From contig JANLOX010000246.1 of NCBI GenBank assembly GCA_031366795.1, positions 1 to 21,675 on the forward strand: 21,675 bases of DNA, written 5' to 3'. How positions within the stretch are numbered: the stretch's first letter is position 1; each line of letters opens with the position of its first letter. The position numbers and the translations under genes are program-made. Positions 8,166 to 15,702 of the stretch are shown one piece after another. The notes beneath the pieces are model-generated. The model was not told where the DNA came from. It was given only the letters and a program-made list of their open reading frames with translations, and made no database searches. This DNA is from Candidatus Eiseniibacteriota bacterium (lineage in GTDB: Bacteria; Eisenbacteria; RBG-16-71-46).

Positions 8166-9935
8166 CTACTGCAGCACGACCTTCTTCTCGCTGACCTGGC
8201 TGCCCGCCTTCATGCGCACGAAGTACACGCCGCTCTGCGCGCGTGACCCCGTGTCGGTCGCCCCGTCCCAGTGCGTCACGAACGAGCCGGGTGCGGCGTC
8301 CTGGTCGACCAGCGTGCGGATGTTGCGGCCCTGCAGGTCGAACACCGCGAGATTTACGTGCGCCGCCGAGGTGACGCTGTACTCGAGCCGGCTGGCGGTC
8401 GCGGGATTGGCGCCCTTCAAGCTCACGCCGAACGCGATCGCCGGGCCCGACGGCGCCTCGGCAGAGGCAGCCGCGGGATCCGCTTCGCCGGCAAGCGCGT
8501 GGCCGCCGCGTCCCCAGCGGTCGTGGTCATGATCGCGCCCGTCTTGCACGGCCTCGTGGTGCTCGTGATGCAACGGGTTGTGCGGCAGCGCCACGTACGG
8601 GAAGTACGGCAGGAACGGCACGTCGTTGGCATCCACGCCATCACCGAGTTGGTTGTTCGGCGCGACGTTGAACGCCGGCGTGAACGGCGTGGCACCCGCC
8701 ACGACGCGCTCGGCGATATCGACGACGTCATCACCCAGCCGGCGGCCGTTCGGGAAACCGGCGTTATCGCCCGCGAGGATACCGAAGCGGCTCGGGCGGA
8801 CGGTGGGCGCTACGCTCATGTTGAGCCGCAGCATCTCGCACGGCACCTGGTTCGGGTTCGCGGGCTTGTTGAGCCCGGGAATTCCCGTCAAGAACACCGT
8901 GACCAGATCATTGCGCGGCGCGGGCGGCGTGGTGATGCCATATAGCGCGCCCAGCAACTTCGCCAGTTCCGGATCGACGACATAGCCGAGGAACTGCGTA
9001 TCGCTCGTCGGCTTGGACGCGTTGAACTTGTCCTTGTCCTGCGCGGCGATCACGACTTCGTTGACCAGCGGCATGCCGAGCCGCGACACCTGCACCGGCT
9101 GACCGCTCGTGGTCACCGTGCCGTCGCCATTCAACGTGCGCGAGGCGGGACGCTCGGCGGAAGCATACAAGCCGATCACCGAGTTCGTCGCACTCGGCGC
9201 CAATCCATCAGCGGTAAGGCGCTTCATGGGGATCTGCATCGCCACCGTCATCACGTCGAAGCCACCGAGTCCGTCCAGACCACGACCGCGATTGCCGGGA
9301 GGCTTGCGGATCGTCAACAGGTCGAAGGTCGCAGCAAGATCGACAAAGAACGGATCGTCGCGCGGCCCAACGAATACCTTGCTGCCGTCGGACAAGGTCA
9401 TCACCGCGTCGGCCGCGAGTTGCGGGTAGTTCGGCATGGACACCGGCCCGACATAGGCCGGCACGACAGGCAGGTCGCTGCCCAGCACCGTCGCTGAACC
9501 GTTGTCGTAACGCGTCACCGTATAGGTCTGGCGCACGTTGAGGTCCGGGTCCGTCAGCGAGGTGACGACGCCGGTGTTGTAGAGGAACGTGGCGCCGGTC
9601 TGGCGCGTCGTCTTGAAGCTGAACTTGTAGCGGATGTGATCGTTGGCATCGCCGACATTGTCGATATTGAAGTAGTACGAGACTTCATCGTCGAAACCAT
9701 GGAAGTTCGGGCCGCTGCCCGGCTCGATCATCGGCACCCAGTTGCCGACAATCGTCACGCGATCGCTGGCATCGGGACTCACCCAGGCGTAGAGGTCGGT
9801 GTCGTCGGCGAGGCGGTCCTTGGCGGTGCCCGGTGCTTCGCTGTGGCTCGAAGCGTGCGATGCCACGGGTCCCAAACACGTGGCCATCAGGAGGACCGCC
9901 GTGAACGCGGCCCCTCTCAGGTGATGTTGCTTCAT
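8166..9935 (-). CDS. Secreted DUF4331 family protein with His-rich linker and C-terminal FlgD-Ig-like domain, 589 aa
   Basis: Signal peptide then 'SSHSEAP...ADDTDLYAW', 'GPRDDPFFVDL', 'QVSRLGMPLVNEV', 'GFPNGRRLGDDVVDI', 'FPY'; tail 'VFDLQGRNIRTL...WDG.TDTG..AQSGVYFVRM'. Confidence 0.88.
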   Translation of the reverse strand: MKQHHLRGAAFTAVLLMATCLGPVASHASSHSEAPGTAKDRLADDTDLYAWVSPDASDRVTIVGNWVPMIEPGSGPNFHGFDDEVSYYFNIDNVGDANDHIRYKFSFKTTRQTGATFLYNTGVVTSLTDPDLNVRQTYTVTRYDNGSATVLGSDLPVVPAYVGPVSMPNYPQLAADAVMTLSDGSKVFVGPRDDPFFVDLAATFDLLTIRKPPGNRGRGLDGLGGFDVMTVAMQIPMKRLTADGLAPSATNSVIGLYASAERPASRTLNGDGTVTTSGQPVQVSRLGMPLVNEVVIAAQDKDKFNASKPTSDTQFLGYVVDPELAKLLGALYGITTPPAPRNDLVTVFLTGIPGLNKPANPNQVPCEMLRLNMSVAPTVRPSRFGILAGDNAGFPNGRRLGDDVVDIAERVVAGATPFTPAFNVAPNNQLGDGVDANDVPFLPYFPYVALPHNPLHHEHHEAVQDGRDHDHDRWGRGGHALAGEADPAAASAEAPSGPAIAFGVSLKGANPATASRLEYSVTSAAHVNLAVFDLQGRNIRTLVDQDAAPGSFVTHWDGATDTGSRAQSGVYFVRMKAGSQVSEKKVVLQ

Positions 9936-10062
9936 GCGTGTGCCTTTCTTCTCGCGCAGGTGCGCGGCAGGGAGGAGAAGCGGTTTGGCGAGGTTCCCGC
10001 GACGGCGTCTGTCCCCCGACGACGCCAGTTCGCGGCAACCCGCGGTGTGCGACCACCTCCAT

Positions 10063-10088
10063 TACGGGCTCGCCACCCCACTGGATGA
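10063..10088 (-). promoter_or_regulatory. ECF-sigma promoter TCATCC-N16-CGTA upstream of DUF4331 gene
   Basis: Minus strand TCATCC 10088-10083, CGTA 10066-10063. Confidence 0.75.
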
Positions 10089-10273
10089 GCGAAACGGCGC
10101 AGGTCCCACGCACGGACCGCGTCGCGCGGTACACCCCGCCGGGCGCGCCCACCGCGTCGCACGTCATATCCCGCTTGTAGCGCCGTGATCGACTCCTTAT
10201 GTTATGCGGACTCTGTTTGCTCGCGGCCGCGCGCGACGGATCTCCTGCCCCCCGGATGCCATGCCTGATTCGC

Positions 10274-10299
10274 ACGTCCAATTCGCTCTACGAAACGTA
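10274..10299 (+). promoter_or_regulatory. Degenerate autoregulatory ECF promoter ACGTCC-N16-CGTA
   Basis: Same spacing as the other three sites; downstream CGTAGAGTGG is identical to the DUF4198 promoter. Confidence 0.6.
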
Positions 10300-10337
10300 G
10301 AGTGGATGGAAACCCCACACGTCGCCGGAGCCCTTTC

Positions 10338-10898
10338 GTGAACGATCAAGACAACGACCGCTCATGCATGGACAGGGTCCGCGCCGGGGACATGCGCGCA
10401 CTCGAGGAGCTCTACGACCGCTACAGCGGCCTGCTCTACTCGGCGGCGCTCAGGATCCTCGGGCTGGCTGCCGACGCCGAAGAGGTGCTCCAGGAGGCGT
10501 GGCTTCAGGCATGGAATCGAGCGGAGTCCTACGATGCGGCGCGCGGTGCGGTTCCCGCGTGGCTGCTGACGCTGGTGCGCAGCCGCGCCATCGACCGGTT
10601 GCGATCGCGCGCCTCACGGCAGCGCGTCGAGCAGGTGATGGCGGACCGGCCGCCCGCACAACTCGTCGAGGAACCACCCGCCACCGTGTCGCAGCGGCAG
10701 CTGCACGATCGAGTGGTCACGGCGCTCAGCGAACTGCTGCCGCAGCAGCGGCAGGTCATAGAATTGGCGTATTTTGGTGGACTGTCCCAGAGCGAGATCG
10801 CAACGCAATTGGTGGCCCCGCTCGGCACCGTGAAGTCGTGGACACGACAGGGCCTGATGCGCCTGCGTGAACTGTTGCCCGAGGAGGAATGGGTTTGA
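10338..10898 (+). CDS. ECF RNA polymerase sigma factor (SigK-like)
   Basis: Region 2 'ALEELYDRY...AEEVLQEAWLQAW..A.SYD..RG....WLLTLVRSRAIDRLR'; region 4 'IELAYFGGLSQSEIA..L..PLGTVKSW.RQGL'. GTG 10338 has a GGAG SD; the ORF-track start 10302 is too close to the predicted -10. Confidence 0.93.
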   Translation: MNDQDNDRSCMDRVRAGDMRALEELYDRYSGLLYSAALRILGLAADAEEVLQEAWLQAWNRAESYDAARGAVPAWLLTLVRSRAIDRLRSRASRQRVEQVMADRPPAQLVEEPPATVSQRQLHDRVVTALSELLPQQRQVIELAYFGGLSQSEIATQLVAPLGTVKSWTRQGLMRLRELLPEEEWV

Positions 10899-11743
10899 GC
10901 GGCCATCGCCAAGAACATTTCGCCCTGTGCGCGGGCTACGTGCTGGGGGCTCTGGACGAGCCCGAGCGGCGCGTGCTCGAACAGCACCTGGCCGAAGGCT
11001 GCCCGGACTGCGAAGCGGAGTCGCGCCGCCTCGCCGAAGGCGCCGTCCTGCTCGCGACCTCTGCGCCGCAGGTCGCCGCACCTGCGGCGCTCAAATCGAA
11101 GGTCTTCAATCGTATCCGCGCCGAGGGCGTGGTGCGTTCGCCGGAGCTGGCGCGTCCCGCCGCTCGCAAAATAATCGAGTTGCCGCAGCGGCGCCGCAGT
11201 TCGCCGCTGGTATGGGCATTCGCCGCCGCCGCTGCCCTGCTGGCGGTGACCAGTGTGCTGATGTGGAGCGCCGGCGAGCGGCTGCGGGGCGACCTGACCG
11301 CGGCTCGCGCGGAGCTAGACACGCAACGCCGGCAGCTGGCGGACAAGCAGCAGGAGCTGGCCGAAGCGCAGCGCTGGTCCGCCCTGGTCGAGGGCGCTGG
11401 GACGCGGCTCGTGGACCTGCAGATCACCCCGGCGGGCAACACCGTGCTCAAGGCGCGCGCGCTGTACGACCCGCAGGCGCATCGCGCCATGATCGTGTTC
11501 ACGAACTTCACGCCGCCCAGCGGCTCGGACTACGAGTTGTGGGCCCTGCGTGACGGCAAGCCCGCGAGCCTTGGCGTGATCCACGCCGACGCCAGCGGTC
11601 GCGCCATCGTGAAGCTGCCGGATACCGGTGACCCCACGAATCTGGGGGCTTTCGCGGTCTCGCTGGAGAAAGCGGGCGGCTCGTCGACGCCCACCGCACC
11701 GCAGGGACCGGTCGTCATGGTGGGTCAGCTCGCGGGATCCTGA
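10889..11743 (+). CDS. Anti-sigma factor, RskA-like with N-terminal zinc-binding (ZAS/zf-HC2) domain
   Basis: Overlaps sigma stop; 'AGYVLGALD..E......HLAEGCPDC', one TM helix, coiled coil, C-terminal 'YELWAL...SLG...FAVSLEKAGGS..P.GPVV'. TTG 10895 is an alternative start. Confidence 0.9.
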   Translation: MGLSGHRQEHFALCAGYVLGALDEPERRVLEQHLAEGCPDCEAESRRLAEGAVLLATSAPQVAAPAALKSKVFNRIRAEGVVRSPELARPAARKIIELPQRRRSSPLVWAFAAAAALLAVTSVLMWSAGERLRGDLTAARAELDTQRRQLADKQQELAEAQRWSALVEGAGTRLVDLQITPAGNTVLKARALYDPQAHRAMIVFTNFTPPSGSDYELWALRDGKPASLGVIHADASGRAIVKLPDTGDPTNLGAFAVSLEKAGGSSTPTAPQGPVVMVGQLAGS

Positions 11744-11751
11744 TCCAGCGC

Positions 11752-11777
11752 TCATCCGATCGCGGGGTGACCCCGTA
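11752..11777 (+). promoter_or_regulatory. ECF-sigma promoter TCATCC-N16-CGTA upstream of DUF4198-HupE/UreJ
   Basis: TCATCC 11752-11757, CGTA 11774-11777; in-frame GTG follows after 6 nt and ATG after 9 nt. Confidence 0.78.
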
Positions 11778-11783
11778 GAGTGG

Positions 11784-12671
11784 GTGATGCCACGGACCGC
11801 CAACACTCGCCCTGTGCCGCTGGGTTCGCGCGGTGGACTCGCCCTGGTGCTGGCTGGCCTCATCCTGGCGATGGCGCTTCCCGCCGCGGCTCACGAATAC
11901 TGGCTCGCGCCGTCCCGCTACCTGCCCACTCCCAATCGCCCAATCGAGCTGAGCGCACTGGCGGGCACGGGATTCCGCGGCGAGCGCAAGCCGTTCGCCC
12001 CAGCGCACTGCGCACGCCTGACGGTGCACGCCATTCGCACGCTCGACCTGACCCCCGTGGCCCGCGAGGGCGGCTTCACGTGGGCGCGATTCGCCCCTTC
12101 GGACAGCGGCGGCGAGATGTTCGCGTTCGAGTCGGACTTCACCCCGATCACGCTGCCCGCCGCGACGTTCGATCCCTATCTCGTCACCGAAGGCCTGGAC
12201 GGTCCGTTGGCGGCGCGCGCAAACGACCCGAAGCTCACGAGGAGTCCCGGTCGCGAACGGTTCCGCCGTTGCGCCAAGGCGTGGGTAAGCGGGGGAGACG
12301 TCACGCGCGCCACGACACCGATGGGCCTGCCGCTCGAGATCGTCCCCGCAGCGCCACCCGGACAAGGGGAGCAACTCGCATTGCGCGTGCTGTGGCAGGG
12401 ACAACCGCTGTCGGGCGCACTGGTGCGGGTCTGGCATACGCCCACGGCGAAGGATGAATCACCGACCGATCCCGAAAGCCGCGACTCGTTGGCAGTGGCG
12501 TGGCAACAGCGCACCGATGCACAGGGAACAGTGACCCTGCCCACGCAACAGGCGGGCGAGTGGCTGGTCAGCACTGTGCACATGGTGCCGAGCAGCGACA
12601 GCAACACCGCCGACTGGGAGAGCACCTGGGCGTCGCTGACGTTCCAGCGCCGGCGGGCCGTGGCACGATGA
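11784..12671 (+). CDS. Periplasmic DUF4198 family protein (linked to Ni/Co uptake loci)
   Basis: Signal peptide ending AAA-HEYWLAP; 'GLPLEIVP', 'LWQGQPLSGALV', 'TDAQG', 'GEWLVSTVHM', 'WESTWASLTF'. Start GTG 11784 or ATG 11787. Confidence 0.85.
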   Translation: MMPRTANTRPVPLGSRGGLALVLAGLILAMALPAAAHEYWLAPSRYLPTPNRPIELSALAGTGFRGERKPFAPAHCARLTVHAIRTLDLTPVAREGGFTWARFAPSDSGGEMFAFESDFTPITLPAATFDPYLVTEGLDGPLAARANDPKLTRSPGRERFRRCAKAWVSGGDVTRATTPMGLPLEIVPAAPPGQGEQLALRVLWQGQPLSGALVRVWHTPTAKDESPTDPESRDSLAVAWQQRTDAQGTVTLPTQQAGEWLVSTVHMVPSSDSNTADWESTWASLTFQRRRAVAR

Positions 12672-13783
12672 AGCGTTCGCCCGCCACCGCACTCGCGCGG
12701 CAACTCGTACTATCGCTGCTCGCGTGCGCCACCGTGCTCACCTGCATGACTGCGCAGGCGCAGGCGCACGATCAATCCTTCAGCTACGTCGACCTCACGC
12801 TCGCGCAGCATTCGGCCAGCGTACGGTTGAGCGTGCATCGCCGCGATGCGGCGAGAGCGCTCGGGCTGGTCACCACCGACTCGCTCGAGCATGCCGCGAC
12901 ACTCGTCCAGTACGCGCCCACTCTCTTGCGCATCCTGGGGCCGCGGGTCAGCGTAACGGCCGACCAGCATGTGCGCCCCATCATGTGGACAGGCGTCGCG
13001 CTGCGTCCCGAACGGCGTGCCGTCGAATTTACCGGGCACGTCGAGTGGCCTGGCCCTCCGGGCCGGATCGGCGTGGCTGCGCACATGTTCCCGGACAACA
13101 ACCTCCACGAGACCTTCGTCAACGTGTACGAAGCGAAGCGGTTGCTGCGCGAGGAGGTGCTGACCGATTCGCACCGCGCCTTCGAGATGTACACCACCGG
13201 AGCCCAGGGACAATGGGCGGTGTTCGTGACCTTCGTGGGCGCAGGCATTCACCACATCTCCATCGGCCCCGACCACATCCTGTTCGTGATCGGCTTGCTG
13301 CTGCTGGGCGGCGGCGTGGGGCGCATCCTCAAGATCACCACGGGCTTCACCGTCGCGCACAGCATCACGCTGGCCCTCGCAACGCTGGGAATACTTCAGC
13401 CGCCGGCCAGAATTGTCGAACCGTTGATCGCGCTGAGCATCCTATATGTCGGAGTAGATAATTTGCGGCGCCGCGGGGAGTCCGGTCAACGGGATGGCCG
13501 CCCCTGGGTGGCGTTCGCGTTCGGCCTCGTGCACGGATTCGGCTTCGCCAGCGTGCTGACTCAATTGGGACTTCCTCGCTTCGCCCTCGGAACCTCCCTC
13601 CTCGCGTTCAATGTCGGTGTTGAACTGGGACAAGCCTGCATCGTGCTGGCGGCTCTGCCGCTGCTCGCGCTGTTGCGCGCGCAATGGCCCCGCATCGCAC
13701 CTCGCGCCATTTCGTTCGCCTCATGGGGAGTCGTTCTCGCCGGTGGTTGGTGGTTCGTGGAACGTGTTTTCCTAGGTGGCTGA
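12668..13783 (+). CDS. HupE/UreJ-2 family membrane protein with N-terminal periplasmic domain, 371 aa
   Basis: ATGA overlap with DUF4198 stop; signal ending AQA-HDQS; motifs 'GIHHI.IGPDHILF', 'FTVAHSITL', 'VEPLIALSI', 'FGLVHGFGFA', 'FNVGVELGQ'. Confidence 0.9.
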   Translation: MKRSPATALARQLVLSLLACATVLTCMTAQAQAHDQSFSYVDLTLAQHSASVRLSVHRRDAARALGLVTTDSLEHAATLVQYAPTLLRILGPRVSVTADQHVRPIMWTGVALRPERRAVEFTGHVEWPGPPGRIGVAAHMFPDNNLHETFVNVYEAKRLLREEVLTDSHRAFEMYTTGAQGQWAVFVTFVGAGIHHISIGPDHILFVIGLLLLGGGVGRILKITTGFTVAHSITLALATLGILQPPARIVEPLIALSILYVGVDNLRRRGESGQRDGRPWVAFAFGLVHGFGFASVLTQLGLPRFALGTSLLAFNVGVELGQACIVLAALPLLALLRAQWPRIAPRAISFASWGVVLAGGWWFVERVFLGG

Positions 13784-13970
13784 ACAGCGGGCCTGACGCA
13801 CGCGCCGCCCCCTCAAGCAGAGCCTTACGGCGCGCGGCGGCTGGTCTCGTCGAGCACGTGACGTTGCGGCCTGAGTCCATCAGCGGTCAGTGCTGCATCA
13901 CGGGTTCGCGATGGCGTTCCGGCCGCCGCGGCGCCGCTTTACGCATGCCGCGCGAGCGCCACACCACGCC

Positions 13971-14783
13971 TCAACGCCGCTTCGTGATCTCGCGATAGAA
14001 CTCCGGGCGACGTGAGGTCCACAGGTGCGTCAGCGGGCTCATCGCCTTGTCGCGGCAGGCCGCGAGATCGATGTCCGCGGCCTTCGCCACCGCTTCCGCC
14101 TTGCCCGCGCGCACCAGTACGTTCCCGGTCTGATCGAGAATCTGGCTCTGTCCCGTGAAGGGCACGTGCCCACCCGGCCGCGTCTCGGTGCCGGTACGGT
14201 TCGCGGTGACCGTGGCGACACGGTTCTCAAACGAGCGCGCCACCATGATGCGCTGGGCGTTGCGGTAGACGAGGTTCGAGGGGTGCGCGATCACATCGGC
14301 GCCAAGCAGCGCGAGGGAACGCGCCGCCTCGGGGAAGCGCCAGTCGAAGCAGATCAGCATGCCGACGCACGCGGGTCCCACGCGATGCACCGCGAAGCGA
14401 ATATTGCCCGGCGCGAACCACTCCTGTTCACGCTCGAACAGGTGCACTTTGCGATATACCGCCTTGAGCCCCGCAGGACCGACGAGCATTGAACTGTTGT
14501 AGAACTTGCCGCGATGCCGCTCGGCGAAGCCGATCACGTAGTGCCGCTTCTCACGCCGCGCCGCGGCTTTGATCGCGCGTGCGGTCACGCCCATCGCGGC
14601 GTCTTCGGCGAGGGCGGCGAGCTCCGCGTGCGAGGAAAACACGTAGCCGGATGCCCACAGCTCGGGGATCACAACGAGATCCGCTGTGACTGTCGCGGCG
14701 AGCGCCAACCCGGCTTCGAGATTGGTCGCGGCCTTGCCGAACTGTGGCTTGCCCTGCACGAAGGCGACGCGGAACGAAGTCAT
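13971..14783 (-). CDS. Nitrilase-superfamily carbon-nitrogen hydrolase, 270 aa
   Basis: Glu-Lys-Cys triad motifs 'PELW.SGY', 'YRKVHLF..E', 'ICFDWRFPE'; 'ARSFEN', C-terminal 'RRPEFY'. Confidence 0.92.
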   Translation of the reverse strand: MTSFRVAFVQGKPQFGKAATNLEAGLALAATVTADLVVIPELWASGYVFSSHAELAALAEDAAMGVTARAIKAAARREKRHYVIGFAERHRGKFYNSSMLVGPAGLKAVYRKVHLFEREQEWFAPGNIRFAVHRVGPACVGMLICFDWRFPEAARSLALLGADVIAHPSNLVYRNAQRIMVARSFENRVATVTANRTGTETRPGGHVPFTGQSQILDQTGNVLVRAGKAEAVAKAADIDLAACRDKAMSPLTHLWTSRRPEFYREITKRR

Positions 14784-14789
14784 GCAAGT

Positions 14790-14818
14790 ACGGTAGCCCG
14801 TGTTCGCCGGGCGCTCAA
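14790..14818 (-). promoter_or_regulatory. Sigma70 promoter, leaderless geometry, for the nitrilase gene
   Basis: TTGAGC (14818-14813)-N17-TACCGT (14795-14790)-N6-ATG; no SD. Confidence 0.6.
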
Positions 14819-14879
14819 ACCGGCGCGACCGCTGCGTCGTACAGGGTCGCCGCGATTCACTCTCGGCGCGACAGCCCTA

Positions 14880-14888
14880 TGCTAGATT
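14880..14888 (+). promoter_or_regulatory. Extended -10 promoter, leaderless geometry, for the nucleotidyltransferase gene
   Basis: TG-C-TAGATT-N6-ATG(14895); no SD. Confidence 0.55.
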
Positions 14889-14894
14889 GGGCGC

Positions 14895-15365
14895 ATGGAC
14901 TTTGATCGTCTCCAAGCGCTGCTCCAGGCCCTCGAGGCAGAAGGCGTTGTATACGCAGTGTTCGGAGGTATAGCCCTCAACCTGCACGGCCTGGCGCGCT
15001 TCACCGAAGACGTGGACCTGTTCATTGCCCCCGACGCGCAGAACATCGAGCGACTGAAGCGGGCATTGAAGTCCGTGTTTGCCGACCCCGCCCTAGAAGA
15101 AATCACCGCATCTGATCTACTCGGCGACTATCCCGCGGTCCAATATGTGCCCCCCGATGGATCCTTCCACATCGACATCCTCACGCGCCTGGGAACGGCT
15201 TTCGCGTTCCGCGATCTCGAGACGGAACGCCTACCGTTCGGGGATGGACTCGTCACCGCGGTCACGGCGCGAACACTCTATCGCATGAAGCGAGACACGG
15301 TCCGACTCAAGGACCGCGCGGACGCTGAAATGCTGAAGCAGCGCTTCAAGCTGGACGAAGCCTGA
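14895..15365 (+). CDS. Pol-beta-superfamily nucleotidyltransferase (AbiEii/DUF6036-like), 156 aa
   Basis: 'YAVFGGIALNLHG..RFTEDVDLFI' (GG + DxD), third Asp in 'IDIL', C-terminal 'MKR.TVR.KD..D'. Confidence 0.8.
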   Translation: MDFDRLQALLQALEAEGVVYAVFGGIALNLHGLARFTEDVDLFIAPDAQNIERLKRALKSVFADPALEEITASDLLGDYPAVQYVPPDGSFHIDILTRLGTAFAFRDLETERLPFGDGLVTAVTARTLYRMKRDTVRLKDRADAEMLKQRFKLDEA

Positions 15366-15589
15366 TGCCCATCCGCAAATTTCGAAACGTCGAGGAGATG
15401 AAGGCGCCGCGCTGGCGCACGCCCGGCGACCCGGTCATCGCCCGCGCACTCGCTGACCTCCTCGAGATTGGCCGGCGCACCAGCGCGCGCCGCTTCCCCC
15501 CGGGCGTGCACCGGCACACGTCGATCGAAGACATGCAGCGCGTTCAGGCCGAGTGGGCCGAACGCCAGGGGCCAACGAGCCGAAGTTGA
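15365..15589 (+). CDS. Small protein translationally coupled to the nucleotidyltransferase, 74 aa
   Basis: TGATG overlap; internal repeat 'IRKFRNVEEM' / 'VHRHTSIEDM'. Confidence 0.72.
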   Translation: MPIRKFRNVEEMKAPRWRTPGDPVIARALADLLEIGRRTSARRFPPGVHRHTSIEDMQRVQAEWAERQGPTSRS

Positions 15590-15702
15590 AGCGATGCGTT
15601 ACCGACGCTGCGCGCCGAAGCGCGAGTGGAAGAACGCCAGCGTCCGCGCCGCGCCCGCTCGCATCCGCCGCCCGATGCGAGCTCACGCGCGATGCTTCAA
15701 CT
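15584..15702. repeat. Nested inverted repeats (possible branched RNA structure)
   Basis: Outer AGTTGAAGC/GCTTCAACT (15584-92/15694-702); inner GACGCTG/CAGCGTC (15604-10/15638-44) enclosing CGCGC-CGAA-GCGCG; GCTCGCATC/GATGCGAGC (15657-65/15674-82). Confidence 0.45.

Noticed and set aside
13784..13970. Small ORF or terminator between hupE/ureJ and the nitrilase gene
   Set aside because: Only a 19-codon ORF without SD and no convincing hairpin plus U-tract.
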